Source: Candidatus Woesearchaeota archaeon (GTDB lineage: Archaea; Nanobdellota; Nanobdellia; Pacearchaeales; GW2011-AR1). From it: a DNA stretch of 32,407 nucleotides. The notes beneath the pieces were generated by a model. The model was not told where the DNA came from. It made no database searches and saw only the letters and a program-made list of their open reading frames with translations. Each line of letters begins with the position of its first letter. The first letter of the stretch is position 1. The DNA lies in the NCBI GenBank assembly GCA_964460635.1, contig CAYWQG010000001.1:1-32407 (forward strand). Direction: 5' to 3'. Below are positions 31,036 to 32,407 of the stretch, piece by piece. The position numbers and the translations under genes were made by a program.

Positions 31036-31698
31036 ATGAATAAAAAATTTGTAATACCTGGTGAAGTAATTGTCGAAGAAGAGAGTTACCTTCCTGGAAT
31101 TTGGAGTATGAAAGAGAGAGAAGGAATAGTTTCTACAAGATACGGACTCTCAAAAGAATCTGATAAATTAGTTAGTGTAATTCCACTTTCTGGAGCTTAT
31201 TTGCCTCAGAGAGGAAATCTTGTAATAGGAATTGTTGAAGAATTAACAAGAAGAGGTTGGGTGGTGGATATTGGTTCTCCTCAAAGAGCTTTTTTAAACT
31301 TATCAGAGTTCCCAAAATATGTTCAAAAGGATCAAATTAAAGAGGCCTTAGATATTGATGATGTTATTGTTGCAAAAATTTGGAGTATTGATGAGTCTGG
31401 AATAGATTTAAGTATGAAATCAAGAGGTTTAACAAAAGTAACGAAAGGTATTTTATTTAAAATTGGAACAAGTAAGATTCCGAGGATAATTGGAAAAGAG
31501 GGAGGAACTATAAAATCCTTAAGAGAAGAGACTGGATGTAATATACAAATTGGACAAAACGGAGTTGTTTGGATTGAGGGGGAAAATATTGAAAGAGAAC
31601 TCTTTGCTAAAAAAGCAATTAGATTTATAGAGAAAAATGTGTCCTCAGAAAATTTAACAGATAAATTAAAACAATTTTTAGAAAAAAATGGAAAATAA
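31036..31698 (+). CDS. rrp4: Exosome RNA-binding cap subunit Rrp4 (N-terminal domain + S1 + KH)
   Basis: 220 aa. An N-terminal VIPGEVI is followed by an S1-like core (GNLVIGIVEELTRRGWVVDIGSPQRAFL) and a KH motif IPRIIGKEGGTIKSLREETGCNIQIGQNGVVWI. It overlaps rrp41 by 11 nt. Confidence 0.88.
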   Translation: MNKKFVIPGEVIVEEESYLPGIWSMKEREGIVSTRYGLSKESDKLVSVIPLSGAYLPQRGNLVIGIVEELTRRGWVVDIGSPQRAFLNLSEFPKYVQKDQIKEALDIDDVIVAKIWSIDESGIDLSMKSRGLTKVTKGILFKIGTSKIPRIIGKEGGTIKSLREETGCNIQIGQNGVVWIEGENIERELFAKKAIRFIEKNVSSENLTDKLKQFLEKNGK

Positions 31699-32392
31699 TT
31701 TTAAAAGACATGATGGAAGGGGAGTTAAAGAACTTCGTCCTATAAAGGCGAAGGTTGGAGTTGTTCCCAACGCTGATGGAAGTGCTATGTTCTCTTTTGG
31801 AGATACTATTGCGATTGTAGCAGTTTATGGTCCTAAAGAAATGCAACCAAAACATAAACAAGATCCAAGGAAAGGAACTCTAAAATGTGATTATAGTATG
31901 ATGAGTTTTTCGGTTCACGATAGGATAAGGCCCGGAAGAAATAGAAGGTCAACAGAAGTTAGTAAAATAACTGAATGGGCTTTGGAACCAGTTCTTATGC
32001 TCAAAGGATTTCCAAATCAGATTATTGAAGTTTATATAAATATTTTACAAGCAGATGCTTCGACAAGATGCGCAGGAATAAATGCGGCATCAATGGCACT
32101 TGCACAAGCAGGAATTCCTATGACTGGATTAATTACTAGTGTTTCGATAGGAAAATTAGACAGACAATTGGTTGCTGATTTAGATAAAACAGAAGAAGAT
32201 TTTGAAGAAGGAGAAGGTGCCACAGATATTCCAATTAGTATGACTCAAGAAGGGGATATAACTCATATGCAAATAGACGGAAAAATAAGAGGAGAAGAAT
32301 TAAAAGAAGCCATACTATTGGCAAAGGAAAAGGGTAAGGAAATATATCAGATTCAAAAAAGAGCTATAGAGGAGAGTTTCAATGATAAATAA
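31688..32392 (+). CDS. rrp41: Exosome catalytic-ring subunit Rrp41 (RNase PH domain)
   Basis: 234 aa. It has RHDGRGVKELRPIKAKVGVVPNADGSAMFSFGDTIAIVAVYGP and a later TRCAGINAASMALAQAGIPM, both typical of RNase PH/Rrp41. Confidence 0.9.
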   Translation: MENNFKRHDGRGVKELRPIKAKVGVVPNADGSAMFSFGDTIAIVAVYGPKEMQPKHKQDPRKGTLKCDYSMMSFSVHDRIRPGRNRRSTEVSKITEWALEPVLMLKGFPNQIIEVYINILQADASTRCAGINAASMALAQAGIPMTGLITSVSIGKLDRQLVADLDKTEEDFEEGEGATDIPISMTQEGDITHMQIDGKIRGEELKEAILLAKEKGKEIYQIQKRAIEESFNDK

Positions 32393-32407
32393 AACAGATA
32401 AAATAAC
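32382..32407 (+). CDS. Probable 5' end of the next exosome gene (Rrp42 expected from synteny); only 8 codons are in the window
   Basis: An ATG at 32382 overlaps the rrp41 end by 11 nt, the same geometry as the rrp4/rrp41 junction, and the frame (MINKTDKI...) is open to the window edge. Identity is inferred from conserved gene order only. Confidence 0.3.

Noticed and set aside
3081-32223. All other short ORFs in the track that lie antisense to or nested in longer genes. Examples: 3081-3436, 3618-4187, 4732-5082, 7194-7376, 8410-8800, 11095-11298, 14306-15242, 18860-19042, 25617-25802, 26173-26391, 30255-30542, 31625-31861, 32032-32223.
   Set aside because: Each overlaps a longer ORF with clear family motifs. 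Their translations are low complexity or compositionally odd, and AT-rich genomes generate such frames by chance.
1-32407. CRISPR arrays, tRNA or rRNA genes, transposons, integrases, toxin-antitoxin or known defence systems
   Set aside because: I saw no regularly spaced direct repeats, no GC-rich islands of tRNA or rRNA size in the few intergenic gaps, and no ORF with transposase, integrase, Cas or nuclease-NTPase defence signatures. A covariance-model scan is still needed to exclude small RNAs.

Overview
This is an AT-rich (about 30% GC by eye, not computed), very compact archaeal chromosome segment. Most genes abut or overlap (ATGA, TAAATG and TAATG junctions). The gene content includes proteasome alpha and beta, exosome Rrp4/Rrp41, Pop5, SBDS, aCPSF1, archaeal RNase J, a class I CCA enzyme, RtcB, Mre11/Rad50 and class III signal peptide pilins. 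Together with the shortened proteins, this points to a reduced DPANN-type archaeon (inference).

Layout:
1. 1-6345 (+): an Epd/Tad-like type IV pilus cluster with an ATPase, two separate T2SSF platform genes and at least 4 prepilin-like genes.
2. rtcB and an 857-aa PKD-containing surface glycoprotein.
3. A GTPase / DUF2073-like / Zn-ribbon triad, then cca.
4. Two Cys-rich surface proteins. The larger carries four tandem copies (two full 57-aa units plus a shorter degenerate unit at each end) of a bacterial-type CGNG..GE.CD cysteine repeat.
5. A minus-strand block: TrmB-like regulator, presenilin-like protease, aCPSF1, psmB, rad50, mre11, an orphan secreted protein, an Mtq2-like methyltransferase, a tail-anchored protein and RNase J.
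6. A fragmented exosome/proteasome superoperon: pop5 | rbr(-) | psmA-SBDS | proB(-) | rrp4-rrp41-(rrp42).

I saw no rRNA, tRNA, CRISPR array, transposase, integrase or recognisable defence genes.

The best candidates for something new are:
- the cell-surface arsenal (pilus, PKD protein and the Cys-repeat protein pair);
- the conserved but uncharacterised GTPase triad, whose GTPase has an Arf/Sar-like N-terminal amphipathic helix;
- phase-locked TATA boxes 20-22 nt upstream of start codons;
- matching palindromic TATA elements in front of mre11 and rad50;
- two opposite-strand insertions in the exosome superoperon.

All family assignments come from motif reading, not from searches.
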